DNA of 60,573 nucleotides, filler included. It is 7 parts of 7 records of this genome, joined end to end, with 100 filler letters (N's around TTAATTAATTAA, not from the genome) between each part and the next. Parts side by side here need not be neighbours in the genome. Positions count along the whole stretch, not along the records: positions 27,869 to 34,451 come from SRR31156797_28417; positions 34,552 to 45,314 come from SRR31156797_28430; 5 more parts are not named here. One strand, given 5' to 3'. This document shows positions 30,169-40,414 of this stretch, piece by piece (positions within the stretch are counted from its first letter, which is position 1; every line of letters starts with the position of its first letter). The notes below the pieces were generated by a model, which was given only the letters and a program-made list of their open reading frames with translations, was not told the DNA's origin and did no database searches. The position numbers and the translations under genes were made by a program.

Positions 30169-32304
30169 CTAATAGCCTTCATTTATAACTTCATAATGAA
30201 GGTAACCATCATTTCTGTATCCGTTTAGGTCCAGATACCAATCTTTATAGTCGACTCCTTCACTTGATGCCCATTCTACGAAATGATTATAAGCATATCG
30301 TATATCAATACCCTCTTCAGGATAGGCAAAACTTACAGGAATATTAAGCACCCACGGTAGATTATCAACTGTAGTATATTTACTCTCCGATCCTTCTGTA
30401 TCATCTGTATCCACCACTCCTGCAACTACCAGATCATCTGCATGTGATGAAAAAATCGTTCCGAACTTATCACTCATATGTACCTCTCTACCTCTTAAAC
30501 CATTTGACATAATATACGGATTATATGGTGGGGCTCCCACATCTGATTTTTTCTGCGCTGATGTAAATTTTACTTTTACAAAGAATTCTGCACCTTCATC
30601 ATCTCCGGCTTTGATACAATCCGAAATAATAATTACTGCTTTTTCGGTTCCGTTCTCTGTTTTATTTTCAGCTAATCCGCTTCCGTTACTACCTATATAG
30701 TCATTCAGTTCCAGTGGATCATATGTCTGAGTTAATTCATTGTTTTTATAAAACAATATCTCTGAAATATCTTCAGGATCTATCCCTAATTGAATAGCAA
30801 AACCATTCCCTCTGGTAAAGCCGGCCCCAATATATGATGCAACTTTGAAGTATGCTAATATCTCTGTTAAATTACCATCTGAATTAAGTGTCTCTTCAAA
30901 ATTATAATCAACTACCAAATCGTTAAAGTCATAATCACCTTTTACAGGCCATAAGTCTTCAAATGCTAAAGTAGCTGTTTCATCTTTAGAAGGAAAATAA
31001 ATCTTTGAACTTCCTGACAGATTATCATCTGTAGTTACTTCTCCTACAAGATTATCAGTACTTAGAAATTCACCATTGTCAGGAACTACTTCAGGAGTTG
31101 CTGTTACGTAAAATACCGCATCATTAAAATCCTGATCTCCTCCGGGTCTTAAAATATCTTCATAGGCCAAAACTAATTTTGATTCCCCGTCTTCCTCGTG
31201 ATTTAATAATGCCATTTGTTGAACTTGATTTGGATTAAACTCTTTATCAGAAAATAATTGATAATAACCTTTTGAAACTTTCCCTCTATCACCTATACGA
31301 TCACTTCCATATGGACTATAACCATTTGAGAAAAGAACCCAACCTATTACTGTATCTTTTGAAAATGAACCTAAATAGACAGTATCACCACTATTCAAGC
31401 CTCCTCCCCCATATCTGTATGAAGCATTGGGAAATACCAGAGTAACATCTCCAATATCATCAATTGATGTTGGTGGAGTAGCTTTATTATATGTATAATA
31501 ACCTAATACATTTCGATAACCTGCACCTTCATGAATGAAAGTCACCCATACTTCTGTATCATCATCTACAACTCTAATATTAGTAGCAATTTCAGTTGAA
31601 TCAACAGTGTCAGCTACATTTTTACTTTTTTCAGGAAAAATTTCATTAATCTTTTGAAGCAGTACATCTGATACCGGAAATCTTTCTGCTGATTTAATTA
31701 TTGTATTCGGAACGGCATTTGTATCCCAATCACTCCATAATTCATCACCACTATTTCCAAGTGTTCCTGATTCCGAAGGAATTAAATATGAAAAATTATC
31801 AATAATATTTTTACTAATGCTTAAACTTTTACTTATCAGACTTTTATTACTTGATTCTACTTCTATATTATTATCTTCTGTCAAAGACAAATAATTAATT
31901 GTTGCTTTATTATTAATAATTTGTACTTTAAATAATTCATTTATAATACCGGGATAATCTGTTTTTACATATATTTCCTCTAAATAAGATGGTAATGTCA
32001 GTGTAACATTTACCTCTCCTGAATCATTTGTAACAAACTCACCTAAAAGGTCTCGATTATTTACCTCTATTAAATAATTTTCATCAACTTCAAATGATTT
32101 AAATACTTGAAATGAAATCAAATTACCTTTATTCGGTGAAATAATCTCAAGTTTTATATCCTGAGTTGTTTTATATTGAAACTTTTCTGTTTGAACACTT
32201 AGTTTAACCGCTTCATCACTTCTGCTATTATCCGCTTTCTCAAACACGGCACAGCCCATATTCCATACAAGTACCGTCACAATTATCATCCATTTAATTG
32301 CCAT
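30169..32304 (-). CDS. LruC-domain (DUF4114 + DUF4842-like) lipoprotein
   Basis: Probable lipobox NMGC, FIHEGAGYRNVLGYY, AYEDILRPGGDQDFND, AFEDLWPVKGDYDFNDLVV, F.YP.E..DI..AY..F..W. Confidence 0.85.
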   Translation of the reverse strand: MAIKWMIIVTVLVWNMGCAVFEKADNSRSDEAVKLSVQTEKFQYKTTQDIKLEIISPNKGNLISFQVFKSFEVDENYLIEVNNRDLLGEFVTNDSGEVNVTLTLPSYLEEIYVKTDYPGIINELFKVQIINNKATINYLSLTEDNNIEVESSNKSLISKSLSISKNIIDNFSYLIPSESGTLGNSGDELWSDWDTNAVPNTIIKSAERFPVSDVLLQKINEIFPEKSKNVADTVDSTEIATNIRVVDDDTEVWVTFIHEGAGYRNVLGYYTYNKATPPTSIDDIGDVTLVFPNASYRYGGGGLNSGDTVYLGSFSKDTVIGWVLFSNGYSPYGSDRIGDRGKVSKGYYQLFSDKEFNPNQVQQMALLNHEEDGESKLVLAYEDILRPGGDQDFNDAVFYVTATPEVVPDNGEFLSTDNLVGEVTTDDNLSGSSKIYFPSKDETATLAFEDLWPVKGDYDFNDLVVDYNFEETLNSDGNLTEILAYFKVASYIGAGFTRGNGFAIQLGIDPEDISEILFYKNNELTQTYDPLELNDYIGSNGSGLAENKTENGTEKAVIIISDCIKAGDDEGAEFFVKVKFTSAQKKSDVGAPPYNPYIMSNGLRGREVHMSDKFGTIFSSHADDLVVAGVVDTDDTEGSESKYTTVDNLPWVLNIPVSFAYPEEGIDIRYAYNHFVEWASSEGVDYKDWYLDLNGYRNDGYLHYEVINEGY

Positions 32305-32979
32305 CCTTATCACCTCAAATATTCAAATATAATGCTCTCTATACTTTTATAACTTAACATGCCTCTAACCTGTCTTTAATTAACTAAAAAATTACTTTAA
32401 CAACTATCACACTAAACAGTTTATATAAAAGTCACGATTTTTAATGATTTTCGTTTTCAATACACTTTCCTGAAATTACTTCTCGTTTCGTTTTTTGTAT
32501 TTTGATTCAATTTATGTATCTGTTATGATTAACTTTATATTACATAATGTACTACATATTCTTATCAAAAATCAACAGTTTTTCAAATGTTTTTATTTTC
32601 AAATTATTTTTGTATTCGAAGATTATAAAATGAACACTTAGTTATATTAGCTGAACACTACTTATCTGTTAATAATACACCTCATTCTTTTTTCCCTGAT
32701 TTTATTATATAAATAAAGATATATATAAATGTTCAATAAAGAAACGAATACATAAAATATTTAAATTGCTTATGATTTTTTCTAAGCTCTTTTTTCGATC
32801 GTTAACATATATTGACTTATGCCAAAAATACATCTTCTGTTTTAATTTTTTAAAATTTAGTCTTTTTTGGCAATTTAAAATATTTTTTCATCTATTTTAA
32901 ATTTTTTTCTGTGAAAAAACTTCTATTCCAACACATTTTTCAACATGTATATACAGCTTCGTTATTTTATTTTTTAATA

Positions 32980-32991
32980 GCAATCGTTTGC
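32980..32991. promoter_or_regulatory. Possible LacI/PurR-family operator
   Basis: GCAATCGTTTGC near-palindrome with central CG in an AT-rich intergenic region. Confidence 0.3.
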
Positions 32992-33166
32992 GTAAGATCA
33001 TTTTTTTTGATTTAGACACATTTTTGTCAGTTGGGAACTATGACACATTCAAATTATATATCAGTTATATACAAACTATATATTTGATTAAATTTTTTAG
33101 GCGTATTATCATATTGGTACATTAGTTCGCAGAATGAAACAAATATAAAAATGGAGGTTGGATTAA

Positions 33167-34451
33167 ATGAAAAAACGTGTATTAAGTTTTGTCTTATTAG
33201 CAACATTTATCGCATTGTCAACGGTAGCATACGGTGGGATATTTGATATCTTTAAGAAAAAGGGTAAAAAAGCTAAAAATCAAGCAAAATACCTGAGAGT
33301 TGCCAGTGATGTGGAATTATCATCAATGGATCAGGATGTTGCTACAGACGGATTAGCTTTCCAAGCAATCGCAGCTACTATAGAGGGTCTATATAGTTTA
33401 GATGCAGCTGGAAACCTTATTCCTGCAATCGCAGTATCGCACGAAATGAGTGCAGACGGATTAGTTTACACTTTCAAATTAAGAGAAGGTGCTAACTGGA
33501 GTAACGGTGAGCAAGTAACAGCAGGAGATTTCGTATTCTCATGGAGAAGACTTTTAGATCCTAAAACTGCCAGTGAGTATAACTTCATAGGAGATATCGC
33601 AGGAGTTAAAAATGCAGCTAAAGTTGTAGCTGGAGAAGTTCCTACAAGTGAACTTGGAATCAAAGCAATTGATGATTTAACATTAGAAGTAACACTTGAG
33701 AGACCAACTCCTTACTTCTTATCATTAACAGCTTTCGTAACGTTCTTCCCTCTTAACGAAAAATTCGTTATGGAAAAAGGAGATCAATACGCATTAGAAA
33801 CTGAAAACTTATTATCAAACGGTCCATACAAATTAGTTGAATGGAAAAAAGGGTATGGATTTAAATTCGCTAAAAACGAAGACTATTACGATGCTGCAAA
33901 CGTAACAATTGATGGACTTGATTTCAGAGTAATCAAAGATCACCAAACAGCAGCACTTAAATTTGAATCTGGTGAATTAGATGTAGTAAAATTATCAGCT
34001 GAATTAGTAGAAAAATACGAAGATGTAGAAGCATTTACAAACATTTCAGCCGGATACCTATGGTACATGGGATTCAATAATAAAACTGAAATATTTGCTA
34101 ACGCAAATGCAAGAAAAGCAATGGCACATGCAGTTAATAAAGAACACATCGCGAAAAACATCTTAAATGATGGTTCATTCGCAGCTGATTTCATCGTTCC
34201 AAAAGGATTAGCAACTGGTCCAAGTGGAAAAGATTTCAGAGAAGAAGCTGGAACTTACTTAGAGTATAACAAAGCAATGGCTGCTGAATACTGGGCTAAA
34301 GCTAAAATGGAATTAGGAAAAGATAACGTTGAAATCGAAGTATTATTTGATGATTTCGAAACTGTTAAAAAAATGGCTGAGTTCATTCAAGCTGAATTAG
34401 AATCAAACTTGCCTGGATTATCAGTTTCATTAAAAGCTCAACCTAAGAAAA
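33167..34451 (+). CDS. oppA: Oligopeptide ABC transporter substrate-binding protein (3'-truncated)
   Basis: EGLY.LD, YTFKLR..ANWSNGE.VTA.DFVFSWRR..DP, NGPYKL..W, SBP family 5. Confidence 0.92.
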
Positions 34452-34551
34452 NNNNNNNNNNNNNNNNNNNNNNNNNNNNNNNNNNNNNNNNNNNNTTAAT
34501 TAATTAANNNNNNNNNNNNNNNNNNNNNNNNNNNNNNNNNNNNNNNNNNNN
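34452..34551. other. Artificial contig linker
   Basis: N-run + TTAATTAATTAA + N-run. Confidence 0.99.
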
Positions 34552-35756
34552 CAGAAGTCGATATCGAAGTCGGGCATGGACACGCGCTCGGGATTGAGGA
34601 ATCTCTCGAACAGGAGGTCGAACTTCAGGGGGTCGATGTCGGTGATCTTCATGGCGTAGGCGATGATGGAGCCCGCACCCGATCCGCGGCCGGGCCCCAC
34701 GGGGATGCCGTGGGTTCTGGCCCAGTTGATAAAGTCCCATACGATAAGAAAGTATCCTTCGAATCCCATGGTGAGGAGGATGTTCAGCTCGAACTCCACC
34801 CTCTCTTTTATCTCGTCGGTGATCTCTTCATACCGCTCTCTGATCCCCTCCCAGGTGATGTGCTTCAGATACTCAGCCTGGCTTTCAAACTCATCGGGAA
34901 TCACGTATTCGGGCAGTATGGGGCCGGGCTGGGGAATGGTGAGGTCGCACTTTTCCGCCAGGCGGACCGTATTCTCCAGAGCCTCGGGCATATCGCTGAA
35001 TATCTCGGACATCTCTTCGGGGCTCTTGAAGTAAAACTCGGTGTTTTCGAACTTCAGCCGTTTGTCGTCGTTCAGTTTCTTGCCCGTTCCGATACAGACC
35101 AGGATGTCCTGCGCTTCGGCGTGGCCCTTTTTCAGGTAGTGGATATCATTGGTGGCGATGACGGGGATGCCCGTTTCGGCGTGGAGCCTTTTGACGCCCT
35201 CGGTAACAATCTTCTCCTCGGGGATGCCGTGGTCCATCACCTCCAGGTAGAAGTTCCCCTCGCCGAAGAGCTCGTTGTATTCCAGGGCCTTGGCCTTCGC
35301 TTTCTCATAGTCTCCCGCCACCAGATAGCGGGGGATTTCTCCGGCAAGGCAGGCGGAGGAACAGATCAGGCCCTCGTGCCGCTCCCTGAGCAGATCGTCG
35401 TCTATCCGGGGCTTGTAATAGAAACCTTCGCTGAAGCCCTTGGAAACCAGGTACATCAGATTGCGGTAACCCACCTCATTCTTGCAGTATAGGACGAGGT
35501 GAAAATTCTTATATCCGGTGGTCTGTTTTTCAAAGCGGGTGGAGGGGGAAACGTAGACCTCGCAGCCCACGACCGGGTTGATCCCCGCCCCGTGGCAGGC
35601 CTGCTCGAAGCGGAGGGCCCCGAAGAGGTTTCCGTGGTCGGTCAGTCCCAGATGCTTCATTCCCATTTCCGAGGCCAGTTCCACGTATTTGGGAATCTGG
35701 GCGGCCCCGTCAAGTAGCGAATAATCCGAATGGTTGTGAAGGTGTGCGAATTCCAA
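34552..35756 (-). CDS. dnaE: DNA polymerase III alpha subunit (3'-truncated; TTG start)
   Basis: [18 protein letters not shown] domain, [29 protein letters not shown]. Confidence 0.97.
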
Positions 35757-35818
35757 AGTCCCCTCCCTGGTCGATCTCATTATCATCTCCTCTTCAGCCG
35801 GCGGGAAGAAGAGGATTC

Positions 35819-36715
35819 CTATCTTAACTCAATACCCTGATTCTGTGAATCCGCCGGGTCTCCCATAGACTCTAGCAGCTGATGAAAAAGGCTGTTCATA
35901 AGATAGTCTTCATAGGGATTGTCGGGAGGATTCAGGAAATGGGGCAGATTCGTCATGACCTCATCCAGATCCTTTCTGCTCAGCGGGAATCTGCGTCCCA
36001 GGAGGTTGGCTTCCAGATCCCTGCTTCGCAGGACGAAACGCCCTCCGTTGGTAAAGGCCAGGCGGATATCCGAGAGAATCCCCTTGTCCAGGGAGGCCAG
36101 GGCGTTGATGGTGAAAAAATCGTTGTCCCTTATGTTCACCTTTCTATGGAAGTGAAAATTGCCTTCGTAGTAGGGGATCCTGATACGGGTGAGGAGTTCG
36201 CCCTCTCCCAGGGCGAGATGCCCTTCCCCGTCCAGGAAGCTGTTGATCTGTATCCACCTGGATTTATAGGCGGCTCTTCCGTTCCTTTTGCGCCGGACGT
36301 GTCGGAGTTCCAGACGGGCGTCCAGGAGCAGGAGCACCGGATAGAGGTCGAAACGTTTGTGGGGGATGCAGAGGTTCCCTCCTATGGTCGAGCAGTTCCG
36401 GATAGGGTAGGGGCCCATCTGTTGGAGGGTTTCTATCAGAAGGGGGCTGGACAAAGCCATCCCCGATTCTATCATGGCATTGACGGTGACGCAGCATCCC
36501 AGCTCGGCGAAGCGTTCGGTCCGGCTGATCCGTCTCAGTTCTTCCAGCTGGGTCAGGGCCAGAACGTTCGGGCGCTCCTGTCCCGGCTGGAGGGCGTGGT
36601 TCATCAGATGGGTTCCCCCCGCCATCAGAACCGATCCCGGCTCGCGGTTATACAGCTCCAGGAGGCTGGTCATGCTCTGGGGTATATGGACATGGAAGGG
36701 GACGCTCTCTTTCAC
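35819..36715 (-). CDS. FAD-binding subunit of xanthine dehydrogenase/CoxM family
   Basis: MAGGTHL and [14 protein letters not shown] motifs; C-terminal CO_deh_flav_C-like region. Confidence 0.88.
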   Translation of the reverse strand: MKESVPFHVHIPQSMTSLLELYNREPGSVLMAGGTHLMNHALQPGQERPNVLALTQLEELRRISRTERFAELGCCVTVNAMIESGMALSSPLLIETLQQMGPYPIRNCSTIGGNLCIPHKRFDLYPVLLLLDARLELRHVRRKRNGRAAYKSRWIQINSFLDGEGHLALGEGELLTRIRIPYYEGNFHFHRKVNIRDNDFFTINALASLDKGILSDIRLAFTNGGRFVLRSRDLEANLLGRRFPLSRKDLDEVMTNLPHFLNPPDNPYEDYLMNSLFHQLLESMGDPADSQNQGIELR

Positions 36716-37185
36716 GACATCCTCCTCTGGCGCAGACGGGCCGCATGAAGTATCCCCCGCTTCAGGGTTTCGTAGGGGGTGCAGCTGCAGTTGACCGTCG
36801 TGACGATCTGCTGAAGCTGTCTCTCTTCGGGACGGGGGAAGCGTCTGAGCATGACGCCCGTGCTCAGGGCCCGGGCGGGGGCGCAGTAGTCGCAGAGGTG
36901 AACGCCCTCCTTTTTGAAGCCCGTGACTACGTCCTCGAACTCTTCGCTTTTGGAATAGCCCTCTATGGTGAGGATCTTTTTGCCTCTGGCCTGGAAGGCG
37001 GGGATCAGGCAGGAGTAGACGAGGCGGCCGTCCATCACAACCGAGCAGAGGCCGCAGTAGCCCTTGCCGCAGGCGTTCCTGAGTCCGTTCAGACCGAACT
37101 CGTCCCGCAGCACATCGGAAAGGGGGGTATAGGCCGGAACGTCCGCCTGGACGTTTTTTTCGTTCAGCTTGAACTCTATCAGCAT
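36712..37185 (-). CDS. 2x[2Fe-2S] subunit of xanthine dehydrogenase/CoxS family (start ATG 37185 or GTG 37188)
   Basis: CGKGYCGLC...SC, TIEG, CDYC...CSC; GGAGG SD. Confidence 0.9.
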   Translation of the reverse strand: MLIEFKLNEKNVQADVPAYTPLSDVLRDEFGLNGLRNACGKGYCGLCSVVMDGRLVYSCLIPAFQARGKKILTIEGYSKSEEFEDVVTGFKKEGVHLCDYCAPARALSTGVMLRRFPRPEERQLQQIVTTVNCSCTPYETLKRGILHAARLRQRRMS

Positions 37186-39221
37186 CACAATCCTCCCGTC
37201 AGAAGGGCGGCCGAATTGACCGGCAGGGTTCCCACCGAGCGGCCCCAGGCCTGTGACAAGGCCTGATTGAAGGCGGCGGGGACGGTGCCCAGCACCAGCC
37301 CTTCCAATCCGCCGTTCGTCTTGCTTCCGTCGTCGCAGAAATCTATATGAAGCTCCGGGAAGACGGTGGGGATGATGGCCTGCTTGTCCATGCACTGGCT
37401 CAGGGCCAGGCGCACCTCGGCCTCCACATAGGATCGGGCCGCGGCGGGAGCCGTCAGGGGACCGCAGCAGAGGGATAGCCAGATCCGGGGAATGGCTATC
37501 TCCCGGGTGGCGGTGATCATAGACGCCTCCACGACGGCGCAGCCCCAGGAGGGAGCGGAAAACGGTTTGCCGATCATCCTCGTCTCATCCCATTCCGCAT
37601 TGGTCCGCCTCCTGTACGACCGTGTCTCCGTGATGGGAAGAGCCTCGCGGAAGCGTTTCTTCTGTATGGTGTCGCAGCACTGTTCTATCAGCCTGGTGAA
37701 GACCTGGATATTGCGGGAGAGGCAGGAGGGGCCGTTGAAGCTCTGCTCGTCGGGCCTGTCCTGGATCAGCAGGATCTTCTCCTCTTCTATGCTCAGCCGG
37801 GCGGTGATGTTCTTCTTCCAGGCCGCCAGGATCCCCGGCGTGGCGGGGACGGTTCCCAGGAGGATCTCAATATGCCCTTCCTTGTGGAGTGTGGCGCTGA
37901 CCGAGGCGGCTGTGTAGAGCCTGTCCCTGCTCACGAATTCATAGCCCTGGCGCGTGACGGCCATGCCTATGCCCGAATAGCCGGTGGGGGCTATTTCAAG
38001 CACCTTTTTGTTGGTCCTGATCTGCCGGGATACGGCGTGCTTCCTGGTGTAGTCGGAGGATCTCGCCGTCTTTTCGATCATATCCGCCAGGGGGGGCGTC
38101 TGTTTCAGGGGGGCCAGCGTGGTGTTGATGCCTCCCTTGACGGGCAGGTTCAGGATACGCCAGCCCGCGGGATCCTGTCTCGCCTCAACGGCGAGGCGAT
38201 TGGCAAGCATCTCTATCCCGAAGCTACCCTGCGCCAGCCCCCAGCTGGCCATGGGCAGCCAGGGCGGGGTATTGCTCCTGTAGCATTTGGTCCTCAGTTC
38301 CAGATTCCGGCACTGGTAGACTCCGGCGGCTCCCAGGCACAGGCGCGACGCCGTTTCGGCGGAAAAGGCTCCGTAAGCGCCTGTATTCAGGAACACCTCT
38401 CCCTTCAGAGCCGTCAGCCTTCCGTTGCCGTCCATTCCCGCCTTGTAGCGGAAAAGGATCTCCTTTCGGAACACCCTTTCCTGTTCGCCTATCAGCTTGA
38501 CCGGCTGCCTGAGGATGCTGGTAATGCAGACCGCCAGGGCCGCTTCGGGGATCCCCCTGCCGATATGGCTGTCCCAGCTCCTGCCCGCGCTGTTGAAGTG
38601 CAGCTCCACCTGTTTGCGGCTGATCCCCGCCGCCAGGGCGCAGTTCCTGCGGACCAGCGAGGGCCACTGGGTATGGGTATGGAGGTGGTAGGTCCCCCCC
38701 TCCTTGGTGCACAGGACGTCGTTTCCGGGGTAGACGGGGACCTCGGGAGGGGTAAGCTCGTACTCTCCCTCCACGATCAGGTCGGCCTTGTCGAAGCCTC
38801 TTTGCATGTTCCCCTTGGAGATAAGCGCCGACGCGGGCGAGGCATTGGGGTCTCTCATTTCAAAGGGAGGGAATGAGGGGATCGGGCTCGTGTCGATACG
38901 GATCTCCCGCCTGATTTTATAGAGTTTGTTAAAGTCCGAACCCGTCAGCACGCCCACGGGCTGCCCCTCGTAGAGGATCTCATCCTCCGCCAGAAGGGGG
39001 TGGGCCTCGTCGGGAAAGGGGAGGAGGTTTTTGCCGGGAATGTGGGAGGCCGAGAAGAAGGATATCTCCTTGGGAAGGGGGGGAAGATGAATCTCCCCGA
39101 GCCTTCCGGGAGCCTTTTCCGCCCGTACGATCAGGGCGTAGACCATCTTCCTGGCTTTCAGATCCTCCGCGAAGCGGCTTCCGCCGGCCAGCCTTTTCCT
39201 GAATTTCTCTTCATCCATCAA
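37185..39221 (-). CDS. Xanthine dehydrogenase/CoxL-like large subunit with degenerate Moco-binding motifs
   Basis: Hammerhead domain (FAEDL...IPGKN...YEGQPVG), TQ, TGAYG, GIGMA; position in an L-S-M cluster. Confidence 0.8.
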   Translation of the reverse strand: MMDEEKFRKRLAGGSRFAEDLKARKMVYALIVRAEKAPGRLGEIHLPPLPKEISFFSASHIPGKNLLPFPDEAHPLLAEDEILYEGQPVGVLTGSDFNKLYKIRREIRIDTSPIPSFPPFEMRDPNASPASALISKGNMQRGFDKADLIVEGEYELTPPEVPVYPGNDVLCTKEGGTYHLHTHTQWPSLVRRNCALAAGISRKQVELHFNSAGRSWDSHIGRGIPEAALAVCITSILRQPVKLIGEQERVFRKEILFRYKAGMDGNGRLTALKGEVFLNTGAYGAFSAETASRLCLGAAGVYQCRNLELRTKCYRSNTPPWLPMASWGLAQGSFGIEMLANRLAVEARQDPAGWRILNLPVKGGINTTLAPLKQTPPLADMIEKTARSSDYTRKHAVSRQIRTNKKVLEIAPTGYSGIGMAVTRQGYEFVSRDRLYTAASVSATLHKEGHIEILLGTVPATPGILAAWKKNITARLSIEEEKILLIQDRPDEQSFNGPSCLSRNIQVFTRLIEQCCDTIQKKRFREALPITETRSYRRRTNAEWDETRMIGKPFSAPSWGCAVVEASMITATREIAIPRIWLSLCCGPLTAPAAARSYVEAEVRLALSQCMDKQAIIPTVFPELHIDFCDDGSKTNGGLEGLVLGTVPAAFNQALSQAWGRSVGTLPVNSAALLTGGL

Positions 39222-40414
39222 GGGGCTCCCCGACCGGAAAAGCGGCTGCCCGTCTCCAGGACGACCCGGCAGACCCGGTCCAGCTGGTCCGCGCTCATCC
39301 CGGGGAAGAGGGGAAGGCTGATCACCCGGTCGAAAAGGGCGGCCGCCCGGGGGCAGCTTCCCGCAGTCAGTCCGTAGCGCTTGCTGTAGTAACTCATCAT
39401 ATGGAGGGGCTTGTAGTGGACCGATGTGCCTATGCCCCGCTCATTCAGTCTGGCTATAAAATCGTTCCGGGATATGCTCAGTTCCCCGGTTTTCAGTCTG
39501 ATGACGAATAGATGCCAGGCATGCTCGTCGCTCCAGGAAGGGAGCTCCAGGAAGGGGGCGTCTCCCAGAAGATCAAGATAACGGCGGACCAGGGATTTCC
39601 TGTACTCCAGCAGTTCCTCCGCCTTTTTCAGCTGTTCCCGGCCGATGGCCGCGGCCAGGTCGGTCAGGTTGTATTTGTAGCCGGGAGCGATCACGTCGTA
39701 CTCCCATGGCGCCCCGGTTTTGGTATAGCGGTCCCAGACGCTCTTGTCTATGCCGTGAAGCCGCATCCGGCGTATCCTTTCAGCCCATTCCGGATTGGAA
39801 ACGGCGACCATGCCCCCTTCGCCGGTGGTGATGGTTTTGTTGGCGTAGAAGGAGAAGACGCCCCCGTCGGTCCAGGTCCCGGCATAGCCCCGCTCCCCTT
39901 TGACCGGGAAGCTGTGGGCCGCGTCTTCCAAAAGAAAGGTCCCGTGCTTCCGGCTCAGCTCCCAGTACTCCTCCAGGAAGAGAGGCTCGCCGGCGAAGTG
40001 GACCGGGATGATGCCTTTCGCCGGGGTGCCGGCTGCCTTCAGCTCCCTCAGCGTCTCTTCGCAGAGCCGGGGATCCATATGGAAGCCGTCCTGACAGCAG
40101 TCGATTAGTACGGGATCGGCTCCGCAGTAGCGGACCACCTCCGCCGTGGCGGTAAACGTATAGGAGGGCAGGAGCACCTTGTCTCCGGGACCGAGTCCCG
40201 CCGCCTCCAGGACCAGGTGAAGACCGGCCGTAGCCGAGTTGACGGCCAGGGCGTGGCGGGCGCCCGTGTAGGACCTGAACTCCTCCTCAAAGGCCGATGC
40301 CTCCCGGCCCGTTGTCAGCCAGCCGCTTCTCAGAACCCTGAGGGCCGCCTCCTCTTCCTCCTTCGCCAGACAGGGGAGGGCGAAGGGGATGGACTCAGTA
40401 CTCAGGTTCGTCAT
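39218..40414 (-). CDS. DegT/DnrJ/EryC1/StrS PLP-dependent nucleotide-sugar aminotransferase
   Basis: SGWLTTG, NSATAGLHL, EDAAHS, FSFYANKTITTGEGG (catalytic Lys), GYKYNLTD. Confidence 0.95.
   Translation of the reverse strand: MTNLSTESIPFALPCLAKEEEEAALRVLRSGWLTTGREASAFEEEFRSYTGARHALAVNSATAGLHLVLEAAGLGPGDKVLLPSYTFTATAEVVRYCGADPVLIDCCQDGFHMDPRLCEETLRELKAAGTPAKGIIPVHFAGEPLFLEEYWELSRKHGTFLLEDAAHSFPVKGERGYAGTWTDGGVFSFYANKTITTGEGGMVAVSNPEWAERIRRMRLHGIDKSVWDRYTKTGAPWEYDVIAPGYKYNLTDLAAAIGREQLKKAEELLEYRKSLVRRYLDLLGDAPFLELPSWSDEHAWHLFVIRLKTGELSISRNDFIARLNERGIGTSVHYKPLHMMSYYSKRYGLTAGSCPRAAALFDRVISLPLFPGMSADQLDRVCRVVLETGSRFSGRGAP

Noticed and set aside
39218-40414. DegT protein as an E1-type 3-dehydrase using the FAD/Fe-S subunits as its E3 reductase
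   Set aside because: It keeps the Schiff-base Lys (SFYANKT), whereas E1/ColD have His there, and it shows no Fe-S Cys motif.
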